A DNA stretch of 64,000 bases from positions 132,246,001-132,310,000 of the forward strand of contig NC_042997.1 in assembly GCF_006345805.1 (NCBI RefSeq). Direction: 5' to 3'. Position numbers and translations under genes: made by a program. Shown here in pieces: positions 25,400 to 38,960 of this stretch. How positions within the stretch are numbered: position 1 is the stretch's first letter; each line of letters starts with the position of its first letter. The stretch comes from Octopus sinensis. Taxonomy: Eukaryota. The notes beneath the pieces were generated by a model. The model was given only the letters and a program-made list of their open reading frames with translations. It was not told the origin of the DNA and ran no database searches.

Positions 25400-25451
25400 G
25401 TCTTACAGCTGTTTCCAGGATATTTATTAATTATATCCCTTCATCGGAGAC
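25400..25451 (-). ncRNA. Putative type I hammerhead ribozyme, U4C core variant
   Basis: gtct-CCGATGA-a gggatat aattaataa atatcct g-GAAA-cagctg-TA-agac; palindromic stem III acagctgt. Confidence 0.65.
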
Positions 25452-26246
25452 AGTGTGAGAGGATGGTTAAGTAATAGTTTAGATAGGATACAAAATAGAG
25501 AGTGAGGTAGAGGAAAGAAAATAGATGTAAGATATGTAGGGATATTGAAGTTGTAGATCCATTTTTTTAGGCAGAATGGTATATATGTAAGATTACAATA
25601 CCTTATAAGTAAAATCCAACAGAATTTAAAATGGGTCCTTACAAATATAGAGTTTATACACAATGTAAGATTCCAATACCTTATGAGTGTGATCCAGCAG
25701 TATTTAAACTTGGTCATTCCAAGTACGGTATTTATACACCTATGAATGTATTTAGGTATATACGTATCTTTTATTTTTAACTATTTATCAGTCATTAGAC
25801 TGCTGTTGCACTGGAGCGCCACCTTGAAGAATTTTTACTCGAATGACTAGACTCCATTACTTATTTTAATTTTAAGCCTGGTACATATATTATCGGTCTC
25901 CTTTGCCGAACTGCTAAATTACAGGAATGTAAACACACCAACACCGGTTTTCAAGCAGTGGCAGGGGACAACCACAAGCACAAAGACACACACACACACA
26001 TACACACGCGCATTTTTCGTTTGTTTGATTGTTCCTTTATGTAAACATTGTATGTGAAACCGAAATTGGAGTCCAAATCTCTGGCATGAAGACATTTCGG
26101 TTATATAAGAGAGAAACGGCACGGCGGGTTGGAGGAAGGAACAGTGTGCGAATAAGAATCGATAAAAATATTTGTCATAGACGTTTATTGCTGGGAAAGT
26201 TAAAAAAATTACAACAGCAAAAATAACTGCAATAACAAAAAACAAC

Positions 26247-26248
<2 letters not shown>

Positions 26249-26335
<87 letters not shown>
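26249..26335. repeat. (AAT)n microsatellite
   Basis: Direct tandem repeat. Confidence 0.95.
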
Positions 26336-26594
26336 CTAAAATTGCTGACTAAATAAATAAACAGATACATAAGTGTATGACACAACAGTGCCATTTTGAA
26401 TTAATCATGTAGCTTAATACAAATAATTGGTTGGATGTATGTGTTGAAGATATATAAGAGAAACATTTGCAAATAAAATATATTCCTGCTCACGTGCGTA
26501 CATTCATAAATACATACACAATTTACAATATTCACAAAGAAATATTCTTGGGTGTTTATGCTTACGTATATGTTATGTAAATATTTTTTTTGTG

Positions 26595-26626
<32 letters not shown>

Positions 26627-26639
26627 ATATATATATACA

Positions 26640-27052
26640 CTCTTTTAGTCTTTTACCTGTTTCAGTCATTTGACTGCGGCCATGCTGGAGCAACGCCTTT
26701 AGTCGAGCTAATCGACTCCAGGACTTATTCTTTGTAAGCCTAGTACTTATTCTATCGGTCTCTTTTTGCCGAACCGCTAAGTTACGGGGACGTAAACACA
26801 CCAGCAACGGTTGTCAAGCGATGTTGTGGGGACAAACAGACACACAAACATACACACACACATACATATACATATATATATATACATATATACGACGGGC
26901 TTCTTTCAGTTTCCGTCTACCAAGTCCACTCACAAGACTTTGGTCGGCCCGAGGCTATAGTAGAAGACGCCCAAGGTGCCACGCAGTGGGAATGAACCCG
27001 GAACTATGTGGTTGGTAAGCAGGCTACTTACCATACAGCCACTCCTGTGCCT
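26640..27052 (-). mobile_element. SINE family A
   Basis: Full-length copy. Confidence 0.9.
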
Positions 27053-27361
27053 TGTATATATATATATATTTCACCCTAGTAAGCACCCAGACTAGTAGAG
27101 ACCCCTGGTGCCCCTATAAAATGCCTCCTTTGTAATACCTATCCCTTTGATATGTCGCCCTATATGGCCCAAGTACATGATCTATGTAGGGCCATATAGG
27201 GGTGGGATTTCATTGTTCAACATCTCAGGTCACTTGCTATGCAAGTACATCTCCGTAATTCCGAAAGTTTGAGCCAAGCTACCAAAACTCTGAGGAAAGC
27301 CGTTACTTGTTGCTTGAGAAAGATAACAGCTAAGCAACTGCTTCATTTCATTAGACACTGC

Positions 27362-27685
27362 TCAGTGGTTAGAGCGTCGAGCGTACGATCGTGAGGTTGT
27401 GAGTTCGAATCCCGGACCGGGCTGCGTGTTGTGTCCTTGAGCAAAACGCTTTATTTCACATTGCTCCAGTTCACTCAGCTGTAGAAATGAGTTGTGACGT
27501 CACAGGTGCCAAGCTGTATCGGCCTTTGCCTTTCCCTTGGATAACACTGGTGGTGTGGAGAGGGGAGGCCGGTATGCATGGGCGACTGCTGGTCTTCCGT
27601 AAACAACCTTACCCGGACTTGTGCCTGGAAGGGTAACTTTCTAGGTGCAATCCCATGGTCAGTCATGACCGAAGGGGGTCTCAGC
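27362..27685 (+). mobile_element. SINE family E (tRNA-derived)
   Basis: gtggttagagcgtcg...gagttcgaatccc (B box); second copy reversed at 35437-35757. Confidence 0.85.
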
Positions 27686-27917
27686 ATATATATGCATGGT
27701 TGTACTAATTTGGTATATCTAAACTGATGAAGGCAGTGTTTCATTACTAAGCCAGAAATTGTCGACCTGGGATTAACCATTATATTTGCTAATTTTTTGT
27801 TAATTCACTTCTCACCAGTGCTATAGGAGATCATGTTGTGGTTTAGAGCCAGTTTTGACACCTATTTCTAGCATGGTGGCTGTACTTTTCCAGTACCCTT
27901 ATAATTATAATTATATA

Positions 27918-27996
<79 letters not shown>

Positions 27997-28007
27997 GTCT
28001 ATCTGTC

Positions 28008-28069
<62 letters not shown>

Positions 28070-28744
28070 ATATTTATACACACACATACACACACACATA
28101 TATATAAATGTATATATAGAAATTACATTCATTATTGCGTTTTGGCAAACCGGATAATTTCCTCATATCTAAAGGTTTCGTGCCGTTGACGGCAGTAAAG
28201 TGAAAATGTGTTGTTAGTCACAGAGTAATATTTATTATTTGCATCGAAGCAGAAGTAGTAAGGCAGTATCAATGTACTGATTTCTGTAGAAGGCCTTCAC
28301 AGCAGGTTTTCATATTCTACACTTACAAACTCTTAGTTAACAAATAAGAGCGGAAGGAGGGAGTACAAAGAAAATGAAAAATTACAGAAACAAAGACTCA
28401 TCGCTTGAGTTGGCATCAGCGGTGTATCACTCCCTGTTAGTGCATTTATTTCATATGGCAGTAATCCAAGACAAGGTGATTTAAGGGATACAACACCAGC
28501 TGTTAGCCCATGCTCCCGAGAATTTGTCACAGATAATCTAATCTCCAAGAAGATGCATTTCCATATGTACGTTTGTACGTAGAAAACAAAGCATCTACAA
28601 ATTATGTATTAAAAAATTGGAAATTTGATGCTAAAACGCAAAGCTCCCGAAGACGTTGCTGTTATCATAACGTCTCGTATGGCCGAATGGTTAATAAGTT
28701 TGCCTCGCAGCCACCATGTTCCGGGTTCTGGTGCAAATGTTACT

Positions 28745-29097
28745 TTCTTATTTCTTTACTACCCACAAGGGGCTAAACACATAAGAGACAAACAAGGACA
28801 GGCAAACGGATTAAATCGATTATATCGACCCCAGTGCTCAACTGGCACTTTATTTATCGACCCTCGAAAGGATGAAAGGCAAAGTCGACCTCGGCGGAAT
28901 TTGAACTCAGAACGTAAAAGTAGACGAAATACCTGTTTCTTTACTACTCTCAAACACAGAGAGGACAAACAAGAACAGACAAACGGATTAAGTCGATTAC
29001 ATCGACCGCAGTGCTCAACTGGTTCCTTATTTATCGACCCCCGAAAGGATGAAAGACAAAGCCCAGCGTGCTAACGATTCTGCCAGTTCGCCGCCCA
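28745..29097 (-). mobile_element. SINE family B, two-unit array
   Basis: Two internal units joined at the gacgaaatacc|t(a/g)tttctttac junction. Confidence 0.85.
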
Positions 29098-29921
29098 AAT
29101 GTTATTTTCTATAACCTCAGGTTATACATTTCTGAATGGAACTGGGCAGGCGGACATATACAACCTTGTCACACTCTGTTACTCTGTAGCTCTCCGAGAA
29201 TTAAACTAAAGGTAAAGCGTCTGTGAAATGCTAATTCAATAAGTAGGTAATTCCGTTGATCGAGTAACTGAACACTCATTATCGAAACGGACAAAGAATC
29301 GTCTGTCCGTCAGTTCATCCTTTCTTTATTTCTTATTTCTCCGTATATTTCTCCATAAAAAATAAATGCGCCCTTTTAAAGCCTAGACAGGCTCATGGGC
29401 CTGGTTTCCTGGTTTCAATGGCGTATGTGCTCCCCAGCTGGACGGGACGGCAGTCCATCGCAGCGTTACTAATTTTTGCCAACTGAGTGGACTGGAGTAA
29501 CGTGAAATGAAGTTTTTTGCTCAAGAACACAACGCGTCGACCGGTCCAGAAATTGAAACCACAATCTTATGATCATGATGCTGACACCCTAACCACTAAG
29601 CCACGCGCCTCCACATATTTCTCCATATAGAAGTGAAATTTTATCATCAGAACGAACTAGTGATGGGGGACCATCTTATAAGCAAAGCCTATCGGTCAGA
29701 GATAATACTGTTAAAAAGATTTTCAAAAAACATGTCGGTTTATGAAACCAATACACAAGACGTTAGACGCTTTAACTAAGCCCTGCTTAAATGTTATTGT
29801 TTATTTTATGAAATGTATGTTCGATCGCAACACTGTGAAATTGATACAGAAGATTAATATGTAGTTAGAAATATTATTATTTCTGAGTCTCTCTAAAGGA
29901 GACTACGGCAGCGGTACTGGA

Positions 29922-30027
29922 TATTAACAATTATCGCCAAGCTAATATGGCAGTCCATAAATATAGGACGGCAGCTTTCGTCCTATATTTTTGAACTGCC
30001 ATATTAGCTTGGCGATAACTGTTAATA
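29922..30027. repeat. Inverted repeat (49-bp arms, 8-nt loop)
   Basis: tattaacaattatcgccaagc...aggacg / cgtcct...gcttggcgataactgttaata, few mismatches. Confidence 0.9.
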
Positions 30028-30419
30028 TGTAGTTCTTATATCAATATTTTAAACTTTTCTTACGGGAAATATGACATAAACCGAATTAATAGGCATTTTA
30101 GTTTGCTTTTACTCGACCGCATTTAAGTGTTTGATTTTACACCGCAATTGTGGTCAATGAATCATGACCGGAAAAATTAGGTAAATATTAAAGAAAATTT
30201 ATGTTTTAATCGGCTTTTCTTTTTGTTTGTTCCTGAGTAGTAAACCCATTGTAATTCCATATTTGATAACCTGAGCAAACACTGCCTCTTTATGGATCAG
30301 GGATTGATATTACCGGGAAATATAAACTCTTGCTACAACTAATGATTTCACACTCCCGTTCCTTGCCTCAATAATCAAACAAACAAATTAATAAATCTTC
30401 GAGCGATGCCAAACAAAAG

Positions 30420-31210
30420 CGAAACTGCGCAACCAAATGAGAGTTTGGCGTAACAGAAAAATAAAATGGTGAAAGACTTGAGATGAAAGGAAAACAATCT
30501 CAGAAAATCTTCAATGCACTTTGTGAAAAACTGAAGGACTGTATTGGTTACATATGACAAAAATGGAAACGAAGTGAAGAAATGGATTTTAGAACTTTGT
30601 CCCAATATCAATGTTGTTACACATGCAATTTGTACTTTCGTGCTCTGCAAATTGCCAAAGAACTGGGACACAGCGATATTTAAAGCATCAAATTCCTGGT
30701 GCATTTGCTTTACGTATTAACGGCGAACTAACATAATACAGAAATTCTCTTCCGAAATGGAGGTGAATACAATGAAATTTCCTAAAGATTTTCATGGACT
30801 TAATGGAAATAATAAGATTTTGAATTGGCAGTCGTAGAAATAAAAACACCCTATTTTTTTTATATACAAGAGTAACAGAATAACTGAACTGGAAGAACAG
30901 AAAACTGTAACTGAAATTTTTTGAGGGCTAAAAACAAAACTTCACAGTGATTTCTTTCGTGTCTCGCTGATGGAACTAAGCTGAAATCTGTAGCAGATTC
31001 AAAGATAAAGACCTGAAGAATTACCTAAAGGAGAAGGAGTTAGTTGACGAAAATCATTCTTATTGGATGGTTGAACGAAGTCTAATATAAGGTACTAGGA
31101 GAACTGCTAAATTGGAACTTTTTCAGGATGTAGTAAAGTAAGACACCCGAATATTACAAACTTGAGTTCTAAGACTTTTGCAACCGGATACTTGTTTTCT
31201 ATGGTGTATA
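30420..31210 (+). mobile_element. Decayed pogo-type transposase relic
   Basis: Frameshifted fragments NEVKKWILEL, YFRALQIAKELGHSDI-KASNSW (CENP-B HTH), LADGTKLK and LLQPDTCF (DDE_1 motifs). ORF 30375-30704(-) is its antisense shadow. Confidence 0.75.
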
Positions 31211-31698
31211 AGTGACCGAGATCACAAAATTCCTCTTGAACTGGACGCCAGTCCGTCGCAGGGTTATTTATTGCGATCGGGAGTACAACAACCTAACCAC
31301 TAGGTCACACGCTTTCATTTTCAGGATGTATGACATACTCAAAGTATATTTGCTTCACACACATCTTAATATCCGGCTGTTGCAAAACAGAGGTAAATAA
31401 CTCGAGGACATGCTTCAGATTTTATAAATCCCAGCTCATGTATATAGACATAGAGAAGGTGTTGACGGTCTTAAAGGGTTGGATAAACAAACCCTTTAAG
31501 ACCGACAGCACTGACGCCACATGAAATAGGAGTAAATGTTCGACGTACTTACTTTATTTTTAGGCACAAATCAATCGGTAATTACCCACTCTATTGCTTG
31601 TGGGGTCCGTTCATGCTTCTCGGTGTCTAATCCCGTCTTAAAAAGGGCTCAAAACAAAATCTAAAAGATTAGGGAAGTCGTCTGCCTATATGAGGACT

Positions 31699-31751
<53 letters not shown>

Positions 31752-32054
31752 TTACATACTTACATACATACATATGTGTGTGTGCATATGTACATATATA
31801 TATATATATATATAATATATATATATGTACATATGCACACACACATATGTATGTATGTATGTAAGTATGTAAATATGTATGCATGTATGTGAGTATGCAT
31901 GTATGTATGTATGTGAGTATGACTGTGAGTGTGTGCTTAGATGCATAAATACATAATATATAAGCTTTTTTCATTCTAGCTCATTTTCACTTTACACAAA
32001 TATATATATATATAATACGCAAATATATCATATATATATATATCTATATATAAT

Positions 32055-32089
<35 letters not shown>

Positions 32090-32175
32090 CTTATATTTTT
32101 TTTTTCATTCATACTTTAATTATTTTAAAATTATTATTTTTATATTTTAAAATATTGATTTTTTAGATTGGAAGT

Positions 32176-32217
32176 CCACCTGAAGATTGTCGATCAAGAC
32201 AAGAACGATTGTAGTGG
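32176..32217 (+). ncRNA. Damaged type I hammerhead motif
   Basis: ccac-CTGAAGA-ttgtc gatcaa gacaa-GAA-cgattg-TA-gtgg; GAAA lacks one A. Lies in a TA-flanked insert (about 32095-32395). Confidence 0.6.
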
Positions 32218-32733
32218 CGTTTTTTTGACTATTTATTAAAATTTTATGTATTGATTAAGTCTTTCCTTGTTTGTTTTGCAAAATAGTGGTTTGTCTCTAA
32301 AATATTTTATAATATTTTACTATAAAATCGATTTAATCCTAAATCTGATTTTTTCCCTGTAATTTGGATTTATTCCCTAATCTTTATTATATATTATTAT
32401 ATATATATATAGATATAATATATATATATATATATATATATTATATTTATTTAATTCTATATGTATATGTGGAGTCGTGTATGGTGTGTGTGTATGAGTG
32501 CACATGCACTCATAGAATATATACATATGTATGAATATTTATGTATAAAAGGTAAAATCTGCAAAATAAAAACGTAAAATAGCTATGTACAATAAAATGT
32601 ATATACACAAATACGTAGATAAAATATATATTCACACACACGCGTGTATGCACACACACGCATATACATATATATACGCAGATAAAATATATATTCATTA
32701 TATATATATGATATAATATAATATATATGCATA

Positions 32734-32779
<46 letters not shown>

Positions 32780-32889
32780 TATATATATGTTTGTGTGTGT
32801 CTGTGTTTATAAATAGATTTACATATATATATATGCATATAAATGTATATGCAAGTATAGAAATATATATAACTTCATGTACGTATATA

Positions 32890-32923
<34 letters not shown>

Positions 32924-33231
32924 GTCTGTGTGTGTGTGTGTGAGTGTGTATTTAGGTATATACGCATATGTACGAGTTAGTGTGTGTGCGCGCACGCGTG
33001 TAAGTTTCATATCCAGTTGATGATGAACTGACAACTCTGTTGGAAATATCTTGACACGAAACTAAGAAACATTCAACTGAAACCAACTAAATATCTATTT
33101 ACAAAATGACTCAATATGTTTGAAAATAGACATGTGTTTGTACTTTAGAATACAATATACACAGATACATACTTACATACATACATACATACATGCATAC
33201 ATACATATCTATCTATCTATCTATCTATCTC

Positions 33232-33292
<61 letters not shown>

Positions 33293-33304
33293 ATATATAT
33301 ATAT

Positions 33305-33358
<54 letters not shown>

Positions 33359-33789
33359 ATATGTATATGTCTGTCTCTCTCTATATATATATGTATATGG
33401 TGGTACGGTTAGCTCGAAAACCGCATTGAGACTCTGGGAGGATTCCTTCAACGAAATGGCCAAGAAGTCGAGAGAGCAAGACGCGCGCCAAGACCCTTCC
33501 TGCAACATCCAGGAGTGAAATACCTTTGCTGCTGTTGCAGTCTGAGTGATCTCCCTTCTTGCTGATGATTGTGATTATGTCTGCGTGTTTCTTCAGGAGG
33601 AGTTACCTCAATCCTTTATACATTAACCAAAATGAAGTGGATTGACAAATTTATTTTTTGAACCAGTTGAAGACACACAAGATGTCGAAATATCGTTCAC
33701 TAGACAACAATGGCACTCTTCTTTTAATTTTGACTATTGCTGTTGTTGTTGCTGTTGTTGTTGTTGTTATTTTATTAGTTTCATCCCAA

Positions 33790-34425
33790 AAGCTGTGACC
33801 ATTCTGGGGCACTGCCAATATTATTACCTTCTCAATGCTTGGTGGGGGTTCGATATTACTGCTCTCTTTTCAGTTTCTTGTCGCGATGTAGGTTCATCTG
33901 GGACCCTGGACAGCAAGAAGTCAAGTTGTTTATTGGAAACATTTACCCCTACTCCATGTAGATATCTGAAATGTTTTAGTAAGATATCGGTTTCAAGTTT
34001 TAGCACAGGGCTAATAATTTCGAGGAAGGAGTCAAGTAGATTACGTCAATCTTATTGCTCAACTGGTACTTATTTTATCGACTCCAAAAGAATGAAAGAT
34101 AAAGTTGGCCTTAGCGGAATTTGAACACAGGACATAGAAACGGACAAAATACCGCTAAGCAGTTAGCCCGCGATGCTAATGATTCTGCCAGCCCGGCGCC
34201 TTGTTTGGCAAGATATTAAATAGTTGTGGGCTTCTGAGTCCAAATGTTTTGCAGTACATCGTCCTCACTCAAGTTGCCATTGGTGGAATCGGTGCAATGC
34301 AGTGACGTCCAGTTCGTAGGCTGTTATAACTATCGATGTCAAAGTTTTGTGCCAAGCCATCTGGGATCTTCCATAAATATATCACTGCACATCTCTCCCG
34401 TCTTTGTTTCAGGGAATAGTGTCGT
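33790..34425 (-). mobile_element. CR1/L2-group (Crack/Daphne-like) LINE 3' end, interrupted by a SINE-B at about 34040-34203
   Basis: ...YSLKQRRERCAVIYLWKI...SPQLFNILP / KHFRYLHGVGVNV...LDFLLSRVPDEP; homologous to 35070-35360. Confidence 0.75.
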
Positions 34426-34682
34426 AGCTCTTTGGCTTTCTATAAATTTCTCGGTAACACTTAGAAGCATTTATTATGATAGTAGAAACTTTTGCATATC
34501 TTTCAAAATTTGGATCTTGTGCTTGAAACATAAAACTCTTAAATCCGGGATCTTGTGAAGCGGATAGTCATAAAGTGATACAATATTTCTGGTGTAGCAC
34601 CGCTGAACTGCCTTAAGTTCTGCTATTAATCTGAGATAGTTCAGTGGTGTATATACCTATATTCACCGCCCCTCCCCGCCCA

Positions 34683-34901
34683 CACAAGGGGGTACCGAAA
34701 AGTTCCTAGGTTTGGGTAAAAGAATATATGAGGATCAGTTACTTATGATCTTATTCAATATATTCCCCTCTCAGATTCACATACTAATTGCAGCGGTCCT
34801 TCAGTTTTCCTAAGCTCTGTAAAAGAACTCGGAAGGTTGGACCTGCAGCCAGGCCTTTCTCGATGTCCTTACAGCTAGGAATTTTCCACCCCCACCCTCG
34901 T
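34683..34901. mobile_element. Mariner-type MITE
   Basis: Imperfect TIRs ...agggggtaccgaaaagttcctagg / ctaggaattttcc...cctcgta. Confidence 0.55.
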
Positions 34902-34933
34902 ACGCACACACATATCCTTTTCTCTCTGCTTTC

Positions 34934-35005
<72 letters not shown>

Positions 35006-35069
35006 TTATTCTTTTATGTTTCAGTTCAATGACTGTGGCCATGCTGGAGTATCGCCATTGTGATCTTCT

Positions 35070-35360
35070 TTCCATTTCTCACCTTTGTCGGAGTGGCTTT
35101 TGGTGAAGGATGGAGTTCGATGCTACTGCCCTCTTTTGAGTTTCTTGCTTAGATATTGGCTCAGCCGGGATCTCGGCGAGCCAGAGGTCAAGTTCACGTT
35201 TGAAAACGTCTACATCCACTCCATGGAGGCTCCTCAGATGCTTCGGCCGACAATTAAACAGTTGTGGGCCCTTGAAACCCAAGCTATTGCAGTACATCGT
35301 CCTTGCCCGAGATGAAGCAGTTAAAGTGGCTACTTGCAATTTAAAACCAAAAGGCCACAA
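35070..35360 (-). mobile_element. CR1/L2-group LINE 3' end
   Basis: RTMYCNSLGFKGPQLFNCRPKHLRSLHGVDVDVFKRELDLWLAEIPAEP...RAVASNSILHQ. Confidence 0.8.
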
Positions 35361-35388
35361 TTATATACACACACACCACCACACATAT

Positions 35389-35436
<48 letters not shown>

Positions 35437-35439
<3 letters not shown>

Positions 35440-35757
35440 GAGACCCACTTCGGTCACGACACTGACCATGGGATTGCACCTAGAAAGTTACCCTCCCAGG
35501 CACAAGTCTGGGCAAGGTTGTTTATGGAAGACCAGCAGTCGCCCATGCATACCGGCCTCCTCTCTCCACACCACCAGTGTTATCCCAGGAAAAGGCAAGG
35601 GCCGATACAGCTTGCCACCTGTGACGTCGCAACTCATTTATACAGCTGAGTGAACTGGAGCAACGTGAAATAAAGAGCCTTGCTCAAGAACACAACACGC
35701 AGCCAGGTCCAGGATTCGAGCTCACAACCTCACGATCGTAAGCTCGATGCTTTAACC
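35437..35757 (-). mobile_element. SINE family E
   Basis: Reverse complement of 27362-27685. Confidence 0.85.
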
Positions 35758-35779
35758 TTTACCATATATCTATATATCT

Positions 35780-35849
<70 letters not shown>

Positions 35850-35918
35850 TATACCGTAAGCATATAAATATGAAACAAGGTGGGAAAAAGAGTACCCAAA
35901 TACCAGAGGCAGAGTAAT

Positions 35919-36041
35919 ATGCTTTATTTAAAAGCAGCAGAATATAACAAAAGCTGTTACTCAGAGTTTCACGTTCGACGAACGAGAACGCGAAACTCTG
36001 AGTAACAGCTTTTGTTCTATTTCTGATGCTTTTAAATAAAG

Positions 36042-36044
<3 letters not shown>
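35919..36044. repeat. Inverted repeat (58-bp arms, 9-nt loop) containing a hammerhead remnant
   Basis: 35919-35976 pairs with 35986-36044; TA-flanked. Confidence 0.9.
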
Positions 36045-36111
<67 letters not shown>

Positions 36112-36128
36112 TATATATTATATATATG

Positions 36129-36159
<31 letters not shown>

Positions 36160-36911
36160 TGTGTGGGGTGTGTGTTTGTGTATGTAATATATTCTGAAAT
36201 ATACTCAGAATGTCTTGCTTTGTTTGCGTGTAGCTGTCCACTTCATTGACTAGTTGGGAAATATTATTTAGTTAGGCCAATGTCTTCTCTATCATTGTCA
36301 GTTTGTCGCTTTTCATTACCCAATTTGTTGGTCGTTTTGTCTATATTTGTTTATTCTATTACCACACTGGCTACCTTGAAACTGCTATTTTGTTTCATTC
36401 TTCAGTCGTTTTCATTGGTAAATCATTGAGTTGTATTATTTTTTTATTGCTATTGCTTTCTATTGGTCAGTTCACCTAATTTGTTTTTCCTCTCATCTGA
36501 TCAATTTCATTATTATAACCCATTTCACTAAATTGTTATTCTATATTGAATCTATGCGGTAGGAGCTCTGGCTGATTTCGAAAAGGTTTTCTTTCCGCCT
36601 TGTTCTTTGATAGTTATCATAACCATCATCATTTATATACATCCGTACATACATATATATACATACATTCAATATGTGACACGTGTGTATCGTTGGGGGA
36701 TTTTCCCCCTCTGTCTTCCATTCCTTGGATCTTTCCTTTGTCTATATTTCTGACGAAACGTTAAATCCTCCTTTTTTCTTTCCTTTCCTGAGCGTCCAAT
36801 AACACTAAACTTGTTCCACGTCCTCGCGTTGTTGTGTTTACTCTTTGTGTTTTCATGTTTGGATTAACTTTATATACATGCATACATATATACATACATA
36901 CATACATACAT

Positions 36912-36948
<37 letters not shown>

Positions 36949-37239
36949 TAGACACACACACACAGACACGCACACACAACATATTACACATATATACCTA
37001 AATATAGGTAATTATAAGATCTAAGGATCTAAATATAGGAAGTTTATAACCTTTGAGCAGTCCATGGTAGGTATAAAAAACAACGTTCAGGAACAATATA
37101 ATTTACTGGCGAGGGTTGTATGCTCTCCCTATATCGAAGTCTGATAAGTTAAAATAAATTGTTTTATAGCTCACGGATATCATCTTGAGTTGCTATGAAA
37201 GCGAATAAAAATCTATACCTAAATATATATGTATAGTAA

Positions 37240-37539
37240 TACCACACTTTATGAGGATCCGCTATACGAGATCCCGGGTTTAAGAGTTTTATTTTTCAAG
37301 CACAAGATCCAAATTTTGAAAGAAGCGCAAAAGTTTCTACTATCATAATAAATGATTCTGCGTGTTACTGAGAAATTTATAGAAAGCGAAAAAAGAGCTT
37401 CTTCTAAGCAAATAACTCTAGACTTGTTTTTGGAAAAGAAATCTACAAGTCCGTCTACGAGTGCTTGTGAATCGGCGATCGCGTCTACAAGTGATGGCGT
37501 GCACGGGTGTAGTGCAAGTGAAAGTGATTCAGAAAAACG

Positions 37540-37589
<50 letters not shown>

Positions 37590-37830
37590 TTTTATTATAA
37601 ATGATTCTTGAAATTCCTTTTACTTTATATAAAATATTCTTTATATTCTATTGTTGTTTTATTGGCATTTATTTACGGGTATTATAAATTTTACAGGTAG
37701 AATATTTTTCTGGAAACGAATTACGACGTATAACATTGCTACTATAAGAAATTAATGCTCTGTTTTACAAGTCTTTTGCTTTACGATCGGTCTGCGGGAA
37801 CAAATTAACTCGTATATCGAGGCATTATGT
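37240..37830 (+). mobile_element. Tigger-like transposon 3' part
   Basis: QDPNFERSAKVSTII...KQITLDLFLEKK (Tigger C-terminus); TIR-like end gaacaaattaactcgtatatcgaggcatt. Inverted partial copy at about 34410-34580. Confidence 0.65.
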
Positions 37831-38242
37831 ATGTATGTATGTATGTATGTATGTATGTATGTATGTATGTATGTATGTATGTATGTATAAATGTGTATTT
37901 ATCCATATATTCACAAACCACGTGCGACGGCAAAAGAGGTAGACATCAATATCTTTGAAAATAGAGGACTACATTTACTGATGGATACAGGCATGTAGAA
38001 TAAGTTTGTCAACAATTCAATGATCTTTGCATATTTTCAGCTGCTCAAGTCTAGAGTGCGTGGCACCATCGACTACAAAAATAGCAAACACTGACACCAC
38101 TGGTGGGCAAAAAACAAACAAACCTATGAGCATTAGATTGTTTAAAAAAAACACTTTCATTCTTGATTGCAGGTTCATTGCTAAACCGCTACTAGTTAAA
38201 ATAATGCATATATATATATAGTATATATATATATATATTATA

Positions 38243-38392
<150 letters not shown>

Positions 38393-38960
38393 GAAGTAAT
38401 AATATTAAAAAATAAAAATGAACATAGTAAGTACACAAATAAATATACAAAGAATAGTTTGCACAGCTTCTTAATATTAAAAGCAAAATGATAGGACATC
38501 AGGGTCAAAAGAGTATTATAAAAATTAGAAAATAAAAATAAAATCAAAATCTTGTTACAAATTCACAGAAAAAAATAAAAATTATAAATAGAATACAATT
38601 TAAAATAAAATTTGGCTTCAAATTGTCGTGTAAATCCATCAATTTCGGAAGTGGAGATAAGTCGTTTACAGTGCTTAACTGGTAATTATATTATTGACCC
38701 TGAAATGATGAAGAACAAAGTCTACTTCGGCAGAACGTAAACTCTACAAAAAAATTGTTGGCCGACGTGCTAACGATTCTACCACCTCGCTCTCTAGGAA
38801 AAAAATCGAATATTAAAATTTAAAAATAAATTGAAAATAAAAATTTAAACTCATAATTAACATTTAAGAGCCACTTTTATATATACAAAATTAAAACATT
38901 AAAATGCTATTATATACATACATGCATGCATGCATACATATATACATATACATACATATA

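Noticed and set aside
28170-28200. tgccg-tcaa-cggca-c-GAAA hairpin
   Set aside because: No upstream core.
30375-30704. 109-aa minus-strand ORF
   Set aside because: Antisense to a pogo transposase relic.
36745-36765. ttt-CTGACGA-AACG-TT-aaat
   Set aside because: Stem II is deleted, so it cannot fold as an HHR; probably a dead Penelope-type tail.
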